From Histomonas meleagridis 2922-C6/04-290x (Eukaryota > Protista > Parabasalia): DNA of 64,000 nucleotides. The notes below the pieces were generated by a model. It saw nothing but the letters and a program-made list of their open reading frames with translations, had not been told where the DNA came from and searched no databases. The DNA lies in NCBI GenBank assembly GCA_020184695.1, contig JAANOX010000017.1, positions 434,001 to 498,000 of the forward strand, in the 5' to 3' direction. A program made the translations under genes and the position numbers. Positions 12,016 through 22,656 of this stretch are shown in pieces. The stretch's first letter is position 1; every line of letters begins with the position of its first letter.

Positions 12016-12597
12016 TTCTTGCTTTTGGGAAACCGTTTATTTCGAAGAAAAATTTTTTCATGTTAATTTTATTAATAAAAACTATAAATAGCATTTATAA
12101 TCTAATTTCAGTCAGAAATATTTGTTCTTTAACGATGTAAAATAAAAGATAATATTGAGAAGAATAAAGAAAAAAGAGGTTGTCCAAGTGAAGTGAAAAA
12201 CTGATGCTTAAGCGTACAAAAAATTTAAATTTCTCAGCATCTGTTAAATAGAATACTAAATAATTATAAATGCAATTAATACCTCGCTTAGTGTTCTTCA
12301 ATTGCCAAATATTCTAAAAAATTGTGGTCATTTAGCAAATCAATAAGTTGCTCAATGCACACAGAGTGTCGATAGATTTCCCTTCTATATAATTTTTTTA
12401 ACTTTGAAAATATATTTCGAATATATTGTTAATATTAAAAATTCATTTTCAAATATAAAATCCAAATTGAAAAGAAGATAATGGTATTTTAACGCATATA
12501 TTCTTTGAATTTTCAAAAGATGCCCCCAGAATTGTTAGGTTTATATAGGTGCACCTGTGATGGTTTTATGTCTTTAAACGTCCTCTAAACGTCTACA

Positions 12598-12712
12598 AAG
12601 AAAAAAAATCACAAACGTTATACCCTTGTAGACAAAAGATAAAATTCGTTTTTTATTGGAATTTGAGTTAACCTTCATGAAGTATTTACTGATTTCTAGG
12701 TTATATTAGTGT
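12598..12712 (+). repeat. Dispersed repeat, copy 1 (partner 38819-38935)
   Basis: Shared AAAAAAAATCAC..CCTTGTAGA...TTGAGTTAACCTTCATGAAG...CTAGGTTAT. Confidence 0.7.
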
Positions 12713-13270
12713 ATTTTATATATAAAAATTTAATCAGCTGACTAAAAAATCTGTTCGAAAATAAATCGAATAGAATAAGTCTCCAAATGTAAACGGTCAT
12801 GTGTTAACGGGTTTATGAAGAGAACGTTTGCCCACGAAACTCACAGTTCGCCGGCGGGCAAAATTTCAAAAAATGTAAAAATATTAACCACCCTAATCCA
12901 AATAGTTAAACATATTTTCTAAAATTTCAAAAGACAGATTTTTGAATTAGGCATTAGCTACTGAGATATGAATTAAAAATTTCTTGATAAAGAGAAGGAA
13001 AAAAAACTCTCTCATGAAATTTTACCATTTAAACATTATAAATCATACTATAATGTAATGATCGTTCAACCTGGTTTGATGACTTAAACCCAATTTTTTA
13101 ACGAGTTATGATCGCGATCAAAATTCAGAAATAATTTTTTTGTATAATCAAATTTCGTGGGCTCAAGGAGAAGCTATAGGTACTACCAAATCGAGTATGT
13201 AAAATGGTACAGGAAATAACCTATTAAGGTAATATTTCCAATTTTTGTTGTTTTATTAATGATATTTTCA

Positions 13271-14301
13271 TTAATTTTCATTAATTTTCATTCCTTCTTT
13301 TTCGAAATATGTAAAAATATCATGATTAAAATATGAAACACATTTTTCTCCGAATTCTTTTAATTGATTAATATCTTGTAATTTTATTTTCATAAAGATA
13401 TTTAAAGATATCATTTTGATGAAACTCAATTGCTGTTTCATATGCATCTTCGAATGTTGAATGATTTTGTTCACATAAATGAATGATTTCTACATTTCCA
13501 CCTGCAATTGCATATTTACCTGTATTTTTCTAATTTTTGCATTATTAATAAGTAAATATTTAAAACATTTAACTGATCCAAAAAATGCTGCATAATCAAT
13601 TAATGTAACATTATTTTGATTAATAAATGAACATCTTTCATAAAGTGATGGTTCAATTGTTTGATTAAAATTAAAATTTGTTTGTGATGACATTTCTTGA
13701 AGTTTTTCTATTTCATCATTTCGAATGATTTTTGCAATTTCTTTTGGATTAACTCCTTCTTCAATTAATTGCTTATGAAGTGAAAAATCATTCTTTGATA
13801 GTTCCTTATAAGCAATATTTTCTTGATAAATATTTATCTAATTTATCTTTATTAATATGAACAAAAAATAGTTTACATATAATTTGAATGATTTTTGATT
13901 CAAGTAAATTATACTCATTCATGTAATTCAGAAAATAAAAAAAATGATTCTTATGTGTTTTCTTTAAGTAGAAATTGAGAAAATAAATTTATTATTTTTG
14001 AGTTGATTTTATTATTTTCTTCATAGTTTTCAATTTCTTGTAATAACCTCAAATATATATTAAAATTATTACTATTAATCAGAAAAGATGTATATATATC
14101 ATTGTGCTTTTAATGATATCATAAGACGTTGGATATTCTTTACAAAATTTGCTGATAATAAAATATGATGATTGAGCAAAATTACATATATTTAAATAGG
14201 TAACCAAAAATTTTGTCTTTGAGCGTTGTAAATGTTTCCCATTCGTTTTGAGATTTCTGATTTGTTGTTGTTGTTTGCTTTTGGTGTATTTTGCTGCCCA
14301 T
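13271..14301 (-). pseudogene. Degenerate DUF3447-family paralog (copy 2, longer than copy 1)
   Basis: ORF-track fragments 13490-13693 and 13271-13474 match the DUF3447 core in shifted frames; multiple stops. Confidence 0.75.
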
Positions 14302-15556
14302 TAATGATGCTGATTCTAATCCGAGATCCTAAATTTTTTCATCGTGCGTTGAAATTTTTGAAAATATTAATTTCTCGACCACCGAAATTTGTTTAATCTT
14401 CCCAAGTTGGTAATATGATAATACTTTGGAATTGGCTTTAGTAAAAAGACAAATTGGGAAATTAAAGACAAAGGTCATAAATTAATAAATAAATGTACAT
14501 CAATGCTTTGTATATAGAAAGTTACATAATATTTCCAACTTAATGAAGAAAGACTTTTACATAATGCACGTAAAGGAGTTAATGAAAATTTAAGATGTGG
14601 AAATAATAAAACAGATGAAACGCAAAGTTTCGATAAAAGTGACATCGAAATGGATATGAAGAAGATGCACATGATTTAAAATGATCTACGTGAAATTGTA
14701 CTGTAAATAATGAAACAAATAAAAGAATTTAGATAAAGAACGTCGAATTCGACAAAAGATGTAACATGTATTTTGAAAGAAGTGCCGAAGAAAAATTAAA
14801 AGTGAAAAATGATGACAAGAAAGTGATGAATCATATGGACTGAATGAAATAGCAGAACATATGAAGAAGAGAAAATTGAAACAAAAAGAACAATAAAAGA
14901 AAAGTATCAAAAACGCATTCGTTTTGTTTGGAACAATCCATCCACACATTCCACCTAATAAATCAAATATTTAACATTATTATTCTTAATGAATCATCAC
15001 ATAATCATTATTTAATTGAATGAACCAATTATTTAATTTTTTGCATTAGTTAATAAGAGATGCACCTTTACTTTCACTTATTTCCTTCAAGATAATTCAG
15101 GTTTTTATAACCGTTAAAATAGAACTTTTATCTCAATTTTCACTTTTTGAATTTGCCGATCATGGCGAAAAAGATTAGCCAAAATTATCAATTTAGTTTA
15201 ATTTAATAGTTAAAGCGTTCATTATAAAAAAAAACTCATGCATGATCTTTGTCATGTTGTTGCCAATACTTTTCTTGTCGGATTTTTTCTTATAATGCAT
15301 TTTATAATATTATCGTATTTATGTATTTACATTTTGATTTATGATTATATTTGGTATTAGGTAAAATGTTATAATGAATATCGTGAATTTGATGATTATC
15401 ATATGTTTGTATGTTTATATCAAATTTGTTTTGATACTTTTCTTTCGATTGTTTTTTGCCAACATTTGATCTTCGAGTTGATTTTGATTATTAGAATATA
15501 TACTTCATTTCCATTCATTATTGAAGATGAAGAAGATTTTGATTGAGAATTTTTGT

Positions 15557-18237
15557 TTATATTTTTTCACGAAGTAAATTTACGATTTCTGTGTAACTGT
15601 TTTGTTGTGCAATTTGAATTGCAGTAAAATATTATTAAAATAAATCCCAAATTATTAAAACATATTACAAATTATTAAAACATATTCCAAATTATTCATA
15701 TGAATAGTTATTGCATTAACATCAATTCCTTCTTTATCTAAAAGTAATTTTACGATTTCTATATTATTATTTCTGACTGCAATATGAAGTGCTGTTTCAA
15801 ATTATTAAAACATATTCTAAATTATTAAAACATATATAAAATTATTCAAATGAATAGTTATTGCATTAACATCAATTCCTTCTTTATCTAAAAGTAATTT
15901 TACGATTTCTATATTATTATTTCTAACTGCTATATGAAGTGCTGTTTCAAATTATTAAAACATATAAAAAATTATTAAAACATATATAAAATTATTAAAA
16001 CATATTTCAAATTATTAAAACATATATTAAATGATTGAAATGAATATTTTTTACATTAACATCAATTCCTTCTTTATCTAGAAGTAATTTTACTATTTCT
16101 ATATTATTATTTCTAACTGCTATATGAAGTGCTGTTTCAAATTATTAAAACATATTCCAAATTATTAAAACATATATAAAATTATTAAAACATATATAAA
16201 ATTATTAAAACATATATAAAATTATTAAAACATATATAAAATTATTAAAATGAATATTTGTTGCATTAACATCAATTCCTTCTTTATCTAGAAGTAATTT
16301 TACTATTTCTATATTATTATTTTCAACTGCTATATGAAGTGCTGTTTCAAATTATTAAAACATATTTTAAATTATTAAAACATATATAAAATTATTAAAA
16401 CATATATAAAATTATTAAAACATATTTCAAATTATTAAAACATATATAAAATTATTAAAATGAATATTTGTTGCATTAACATCAATTCCTTCTTTATCTA
16501 AAAGTAATTTTACGATTTCTATATTATTATTTCTGACTGCTATATGAAGTGCTGTTTCAAATTATTAAAACATATTTCAAATTATTAAAACATATTACAA
16601 ATTATAAAAACATATATAAAATAATTAAAACATATATCAAATTATTAAAACACATTTTAAATTATTCAAATGAATAGTTTTTGCATTAACATCAATTCCT
16701 TTATCTAAAAGTAATTTTACTATTTCTATATTATTATTTTTAACTGCTATATGAAGTGCTGTTTCAAATTATTAAAACATATATAAAATTATTAAAACAT
16801 ATTTCAAATTATTAAAACATATTCCAAATTATTAAAACATATTCTAAATTATTAAAACATATTACAAATTATTAAAACATATATAAAATTATTAAAACAT
16901 ATATCAAATTATTAAAACATATATCAAATTATTAAAACATATTACAAATTATTAAAACATATTCCAAATCATTAAAATGGATAATTCTAGAATTAACATC
17001 AATTCCTTCTTTATCTAAAATATATTTCACAAGTTCAACATTTCCTGATTTTGATGAAAATGGCAAAATATTTTTTGGAATTCGATTATTTTGAAGGAAA
17101 CATTTAACAAGATATAAATTTCCATTTCTTGCTGATTCATTTATATTATCAGCACTAACATCAATTCCTTTTTCTTCTAAAAATGTTAAAATTTCATAAT
17201 TTTCTTTTTGAATACAAAAACTTATCAAATATTTAGTTTTATCTTCATCTGTTTTCCGCACTGATTGTGTTTTTTCTGATTTATTCTCATAAAAATATTT
17301 AAAGATATCATTTTGATGAAACTCAATTGCTGTTTCATATGCATCTTCGAATGTTGAATGATTTTGTTCACATAAATGAATGATTTCTACATTTCCACCT
17401 GCAATTGCATATTTACCTGTATTTTCTAATTTTGCATTATTAATAAGTAAATATTTAAAACATTTAACTGATCCAAAAAATGCTGCATAATCAATTAATG
17501 TAACATTATTTTGATTAATAAATGAACATCTTTCATAAAGTGATGGTTCAATTGTTTGATTAAAATTAAAATTTGTTTGTGATGACATTTCTTGAAGTTT
17601 TTCTATTTCATCATTTCGAATGATTTTTGCAATTTCTTTTGGATTAACTCCTTCTTCAATTAATTGCTTATGAAGTGAAAAATCATTCTTTGATAGTTCT
17701 TCATAATGATCTAAAAAGTATTTTTCTATTGGATCATTTCTATTAAGCCCAAATGCTATGTGTGTTTGATTTTTGATTTTTCTTCTTTTGCTTTATAATG
17801 AGAAAAATATTTTGAATGAATATTTTTGGTAATATTTTTATCAATTAAATTTTGTTCAATTAGTTTCTCGAGTAAATAATATGAGTCTTGTGTGTTCGTC
17901 GTAGATATACGTTTGATAAAAATTGAAATTATTTTTAATGATATTTTTGATTAATTTCTTCTTCTTTTGTTTGAAGTGTTTTTAAAAAATTTAAGTAAAT
18001 ATCGAAGACATGCTTTCGTGATGAAATTGCTTTATAAACTATGTTACATATAATAATATTAAATGTCTCTGGAAAATTTGAATCAAAAAATCCCAATACT
18101 TTTTTAGCTGATGTCTGGAAGTTTTCTTCGGTTAAACCGAATATAGTTTTCTCAAGCTCAGTTAGAAATTTTAAGCAGGTTGATAAATGATTCAAATTTT
18201 TACCTCCTGTGTTTATGATAGTATCATCATTAGGCAT
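15557..18237 (-). CDS. DUF3447-ankyrin gene B with seven 17-nt-interrupted loops; A-run frameshifts in the 5' part
   Basis: ORF-track pieces 17935-18237 and 16932-17588 are joined across extra A's in homopolymers (compared with gene A); seven ankyrin cores follow, last ...TEIVNLLREKI* with stop at 15557-15559. Confidence 0.8.
15629..16982 (-). repeat. Seven arrays of 20-nt modules in the ankyrin loops of gene B
   Basis: Plus-strand unit AAATTATTAAAACATAT plus variable triplet; 11, 6, 6, 6, 5, 3 and 4 spacers per loop by hand count. Confidence 0.95.
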
Positions 18238-18401
18238 GTGCTTGTTCAGCTGAACTTGAAGGAACAGATTGAATACTTATCGTCTTTTTGTAACGTTAAT
18301 AAATCGTAAACTTCATAAATTACCACTTTTTGATGAAATCGACTTTTTGAATACTACATAACCGCTGCAAATTGAGAGCATGTGGCCAGCCTTTATCTTC
18401 T

Positions 18402-19349
18402 ATGCACCACGAGAAGAAGATCCCACAAAAGAAGCTTGATTTCTGCGCTAAATTTAAGGAAATGTTCCATAAGTACAACAAGCTTGCCCTTGTATCTGCT
18501 GAGAACGTTACAGCGTCCCAACTTCTTGGAATCCGTCACGATCTCCAAGGTCTCGCTGAAATTGTTTTCGGTAAGAACTCACTCATGAGGAGAGTTGTTG
18601 AAGAACTTAAGAGCGAACTTAAGAACATCGAAGTTCTTGAACCACTTATCTATCATGGTGTTGGCTTCTGCTTCACAAACGGATCATTCTCAAAGATCAA
18701 AGATGTTATTGACAACCACTGTAAGGGTTCACCAGCTAAAGTTGGTGCTATCTCACCATGTGATGTTGTTGTTCCACCAATGCGTACAACCCTTCCACCA
18801 ACACAAGTTTCCGTTCTTCACGCGTTAAACATCCAATCCAAGATCTTCAAGGGTACCATCGAAATCACATCTGAAAAACTTCTTATCAAAGAAGGTGAAA
18901 AGGTTGGAGCCTCAGAAGCTAACTTACTCGGTCTCCTTAACATCATGCCATTCAAGTACACACTTAAGCTTGTCAAGCTTTATGATAATGGAAATCTTTA
19001 TGAACCAAGCATCCTTGAAATTTCCGATGAAGTTCTTTCTGGAAAGTTCGCTACAGCCCTCAAGAACGTTGCTGGTCTTTCCATTGGAATTGGCTATGTC
19101 AATGCTGCATCTGCTCCACATATGGTTGGCTCCGCATTCAAGGACATTGCATCAATTGCTGTTGCTATTGACTACCAAATGAAGCAAATCGCAGATATCC
19201 AAGCACTTCTTTCTGATCCAGAAGCACTTGCTAAGATGAAAGCTGCAGCCGCTGCATCTGCTCCAGCTGGAGAAGAAAAGAAGGAAGAGAAGAAGGAAGA
19301 GGAAGAAGTTGTCGAATTAGCAGGAGGCTTCGATGATCTTTTCGATTAA
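18402..19349 (+). CDS. RPLP0: 60S acidic ribosomal protein P0 (uL10)
   Basis: FGKNSLMRR, GSPAKVGAISPCDVVVP, ALNIQSKIFKGTIEI, Ala-rich hinge and acidic tail ending GGFDDLFD; codon usage distinct from neighbouring genes. First ATG 18402. Confidence 0.97.
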   Translation: MHHEKKIPQKKLDFCAKFKEMFHKYNKLALVSAENVTASQLLGIRHDLQGLAEIVFGKNSLMRRVVEELKSELKNIEVLEPLIYHGVGFCFTNGSFSKIKDVIDNHCKGSPAKVGAISPCDVVVPPMRTTLPPTQVSVLHALNIQSKIFKGTIEITSEKLLIKEGEKVGASEANLLGLLNIMPFKYTLKLVKLYDNGNLYEPSILEISDEVLSGKFATALKNVAGLSIGIGYVNAASAPHMVGSAFKDIASIAVAIDYQMKQIADIQALLSDPEALAKMKAAAAASAPAGEEKKEEKKEEEEVVELAGGFDDLFD

Positions 19350-19910
19350 AAAATTTTTTCTTCTTAAGGAAGGTAAACACCTTAATTCTCATTTTTTGAT
19401 ATTGTTACTGCTAAATGTGTTTTTAATTTGGTGCTTGCAATGGAATTTGTTTTGGGAATTTGTTCAATGTTTACATTTGCTTTCATCCTAAAGTTAATTG
19501 AGCAATGACCGTGTTGAGAAAGCAAATTCCTTATGAGTGCTTAATGATATGTAATTTTCTATAAATATTTCAACTCCTTGTCAAACACGTACCATATTCC
19601 AAAAAATTTACAACATGTTGTGCCGAATTAGATCTTATACATTCACTTTCTTATTGTGAAGCTAACAATACACAGCTTTATTTTTAATTTCATCACATGA
19701 AAATGCTTCCCAAAAGAAACTACATATTCATTTTCAAGAAGACTTCAGTTATTCCCATGATGAACTATTTTTAACTATGAGAACGAGAATAAATATTGTT
19801 TGAATAGAGATTAAAAATTTCTGAAGCATCGACATTTTGTGTTGGAAAAAAATAAGATCAAAATTTTAAATAATTGTTCAATGTTTTTTTATTTTTTGCT
19901 AAATTACGGA

Positions 19911-20222
19911 TTATACAAATCCTTCGTCAACTAACTTTGTTTCGTCTGCTGTGATGATATGCCTTTGACCAGATCCTCCTACAACTCTACACCAACTACT
20001 GGTATCAAGCATATAATGATCTCCTGTTTTAATAAGTTTATATGAAAAGCCTCCATACATTCCTGGAACAGGAAAGTATTCTTCATTATTGGAAGTCGCT
20101 AATTGGGGTGTTAATTTTGGCATTTCAAGAGTTGAAAAATCAATGTTTCCTCTTCGATTACGGTACTTAATTAAATCGTGAAACCTTTTTTCAATTGCTG
20201 CAAGTTCTGTTTCTGCCATCAA
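19911..20222 (-). CDS. Small protein consisting of a FPVPGMYGGF...SWCRVVGGSGQRH domain
   Basis: 103-aa ORF; motif recalled from the C-terminus of bacterial and fungal ankyrin-repeat proteins (not verified by search). Confidence 0.75.
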   Translation of the reverse strand: MMAETELAAIEKRFHDLIKYRNRRGNIDFSTLEMPKLTPQLATSNNEEYFPVPGMYGGFSYKLIKTGDHYMLDTSSWCRVVGGSGQRHIITADETKLVDEGFV

Positions 20223-20310
20223 ACATTAATAAACGATCAAATATTATACAAAATACCTGTCACTTTTGAGTAATGTGACATGATTGACAAATTTTCCGAA
20301 ATTAAATTTT

Positions 20311-20919
20311 TTATTTTACATTTTTTGATAACTCTCCCATGTCCTCTTGGTACAACTTGAGCAGTTCTTGGTTGACTTCGTCAAGTGATTTTATTGAATT
20401 TTTTGATTGAACCTCATCACTTATTCCAAGTTTTTCATCAATTTCTTTCAAACGAGATGCAACTTCAGGGGTAAAATCAAATGGATTCGGCGCTGTTGTG
20501 TCTATTTTCGGAATTACGGGTTCATTTTCAAGAAAAACTGCATCGTCTTCCAAATATTCATCATCTTTGGACTCATCACTGTCTTCAGAATCTAATTGAC
20601 TAAGTACCTTATCTAGTTGTCGAATTTTATCTGCTTGTGCACGAATACATTTCAATTCTGATTGAGCTTCTTTTAGTTCTTGACCTTTGAGATCACGAGT
20701 GATTTTTTCTGAGATAATGTCAAGTTGTTTTTTACCGCGTGAATCTTGATCTGCATCCCATCCATCTGGAAATTCAACTAGTAGATCACCCATTTGTGTT
20801 TTTCGAGTTTTGATTTCATCCAACCATCCTTGGAGTTCTTCGATCGTTTGATTTCTCCACTGGTCAACATCAATATCTATCCCAGTGAGAAATGTTCCTT
20901 TTGGTTCATTAACAGACAT
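20311..20919 (-). CDS. Hypothetical acidic coiled-coil protein
   Basis: 202-aa ORF with heptad-like helices and an acidic tract. Confidence 0.75.
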   Translation of the reverse strand: MSVNEPKGTFLTGIDIDVDQWRNQTIEELQGWLDEIKTRKTQMGDLLVEFPDGWDADQDSRGKKQLDIISEKITRDLKGQELKEAQSELKCIRAQADKIRQLDKVLSQLDSEDSDESKDDEYLEDDAVFLENEPVIPKIDTTAPNPFDFTPEVASRLKEIDEKLGISDEVQSKNSIKSLDEVNQELLKLYQEDMGELSKNVK

Positions 20920-21017
20920 ATTTTAAACGTTCTTTATTTTCGGGGCACCCGACTTAAAAATCCACAATGCGAAATGTTATGTGAAATTGAACTTTTTTTG
21001 AAAGAGGTTTGGAGAAA

Positions 21018-21986
21018 ATGAACAAAAGCCAACTATTTGTATCTCCACTCCTCGATAATAATCAAAGTTCTGAGATTCCAAATTCTCATTACATTGATCA
21101 AAGTTTCTGTTGTTTTAAAATTGCTTACTTTCCTTTAACAAAAACACGAGTCATTGGACATTGGAAAGTCTCTTTAACAATGCCAATTGTTGTTATAATT
21201 TCTTTCATGGTTACATTGGGTCTTTTTATTTATGACACGTTTGATTCATATCCTTCTCTTACATTCAAAATAATTTCATACACCATAACCATTTTTTCTT
21301 TTCTTTGCGCATTTATATCCTACTTCCAAACAATTTGTGTTGGTCCTGGATATCTTCCTTACAACTGGTCCCTTACACACAAGCATAATTTTTCGTGGAA
21401 TGAAATGATGTCAAATTATACAACTTTTCAGAAACAAGTTGACTTTGCTCGTTCTAACCGTGATAGGCCCAAGCGTTCTTGTTACAGTGCAGAAGCCAGG
21501 CGAATCGTATTGCGCGCAGATCATTTTTGTGAATGGACTAAATCATGGATTGGCATCAAAAACCAAAGATACTTCATTCTTCTATGCTTTTGGACGTTTT
21601 TCTATTCGCTTTGTAACATTTGTTTCCGATTCTATTTTTTCAAATATCTTTTTACACATCACTATAATTGGTGCTCAACATTTGGATTAGTTTCTCTCAT
21701 TGCTGTTGCTTATTTTGGCTTCATCTCGTTTTACCAATTCGTAATTGCAATGAACAATTTGGTTCATAACAGAACACTCCTCGAAAAATGGAGTAACAGA
21801 TCAACTTTAGAATTCAATAAGGGATGTTGTGGTAACTGTGAAGAAGTATGTGGATCGAGAGCATTGTGTCTTTTCTGGCCATTTCCATTTTGCTGCTTGA
21901 CACCTCTTGAAGATGGATTTTACTCAGAGATGAACGAAACATGTTCTGAGTCGTGTAATTTTTCCAATTCGGAATATCAGAATTAA
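21018..21986 (+). CDS. DHHC-family palmitoyl acyltransferase (DHFC variant)
   Basis: Four TM segments; VGPGYLP; RPKRSCYS...LRADHFCEWTKSWIGIKNQRYFILL; NRTLLE. First ATG 21018. Confidence 0.9.
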   Translation: MNKSQLFVSPLLDNNQSSEIPNSHYIDQSFCCFKIAYFPLTKTRVIGHWKVSLTMPIVVIISFMVTLGLFIYDTFDSYPSLTFKIISYTITIFSFLCAFISYFQTICVGPGYLPYNWSLTHKHNFSWNEMMSNYTTFQKQVDFARSNRDRPKRSCYSAEARRIVLRADHFCEWTKSWIGIKNQRYFILLCFWTFFYSLCNICFRFYFFKYLFTHHYNWCSTFGLVSLIAVAYFGFISFYQFVIAMNNLVHNRTLLEKWSNRSTLEFNKGCCGNCEEVCGSRALCLFWPFPFCCLTPLEDGFYSEMNETCSESCNFSNSEYQN

Positions 21987-22292
21987 TAAATTGTTTTATA
22001 ATGTTCGAAAAATGCGTGATGGAAAACGATAGATAATTCTGATTCTTTTGCATCAAAATCCATTCAAATATCTATCGTTGGTATTAAATTGTACAATTTT
22101 TTTTTTTTTAATTGTTGTGATTACAACACTAAAAATTTATCAAACAACTTATATTCTAAATCCATAAATCTTTTTTCATCTGACACATTAGTTTTTCTTT
22201 TTTGATAAAGATATCGAAATTGTTTATCAAAGCATAGAAATTCATTTTATATAATTTCACTATATGAAAACAAAGAAACAAAGGTTTAGAAA

Positions 22293-22574
22293 TTAATGAC
22301 TGCCAGATTGGAATTCGAAATATTGCCTACATATAGGACATGTATTATTCGACTGTGGTTGATTCAACCATTTCATTATGCATTGAATATGAAACGCATG
22401 TCCACATTGACCAAGAGCTATAGGAGAATCATCACCTGGCCATTTTACTCCTGGAGCAGCTATTTCGAATGCATTATGACAAATTCCGCATACTTCTTCA
22501 TTTTTTACATTCCAATTCCATGTTGCTACTGGTTTCCATGAAAGAATCCTCACTCTTTGTTTTTTTTCGCTCAT
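22293..22574 (-). CDS. APC11: RING-H2 anaphase-promoting complex subunit 11
   Basis: VRILSWKPVATWNW...CGICHNAFE...PGDDSPIALGQCGHAFHIQCIMKWL...CPICRQ matches the APC11 pattern (Rbx1 family). Confidence 0.85.
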   Translation of the reverse strand: MSEKKQRVRILSWKPVATWNWNVKNEEVCGICHNAFEIAAPGVKWPGDDSPIALGQCGHAFHIQCIMKWLNQPQSNNTCPICRQYFEFQSGSH

Positions 22575-22656
22575 TTTTGGCTGGAAATTTTAAACGTCTT
22601 TCAAAGAATTCACATAAACGGTCGCTGGTGGCATTGAATCAAAACCGTTTTTTAAG

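Larger units (their letters stand above)
13532..18370 (-). repeat. Inverted segmental duplication, copy 2
   Basis: Reverse complement of 2479-6241 plus segments missing from copy 1; ends about 30 bp upstream of the RPLP0 ATG. Confidence 0.95.

Noticed and set aside
12730-13260. Possible transposon relic with GC-rich palindromic patches
   Set aside because: No terminal repeats, target-site duplication or coding remnant could be defined.
15629-16982. CRISPR array
   Set aside because: Repeat-spacer layout is only superficially similar: spacers are 3 nt, arrays sit inside a eukaryotic coding gene, and there are no cas genes.
18382-19182. Overlapping short ORFs inside RPLP0 and similar nested or antisense ORFs in other genes
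   Set aside because: Alternative-frame shadows of real genes.
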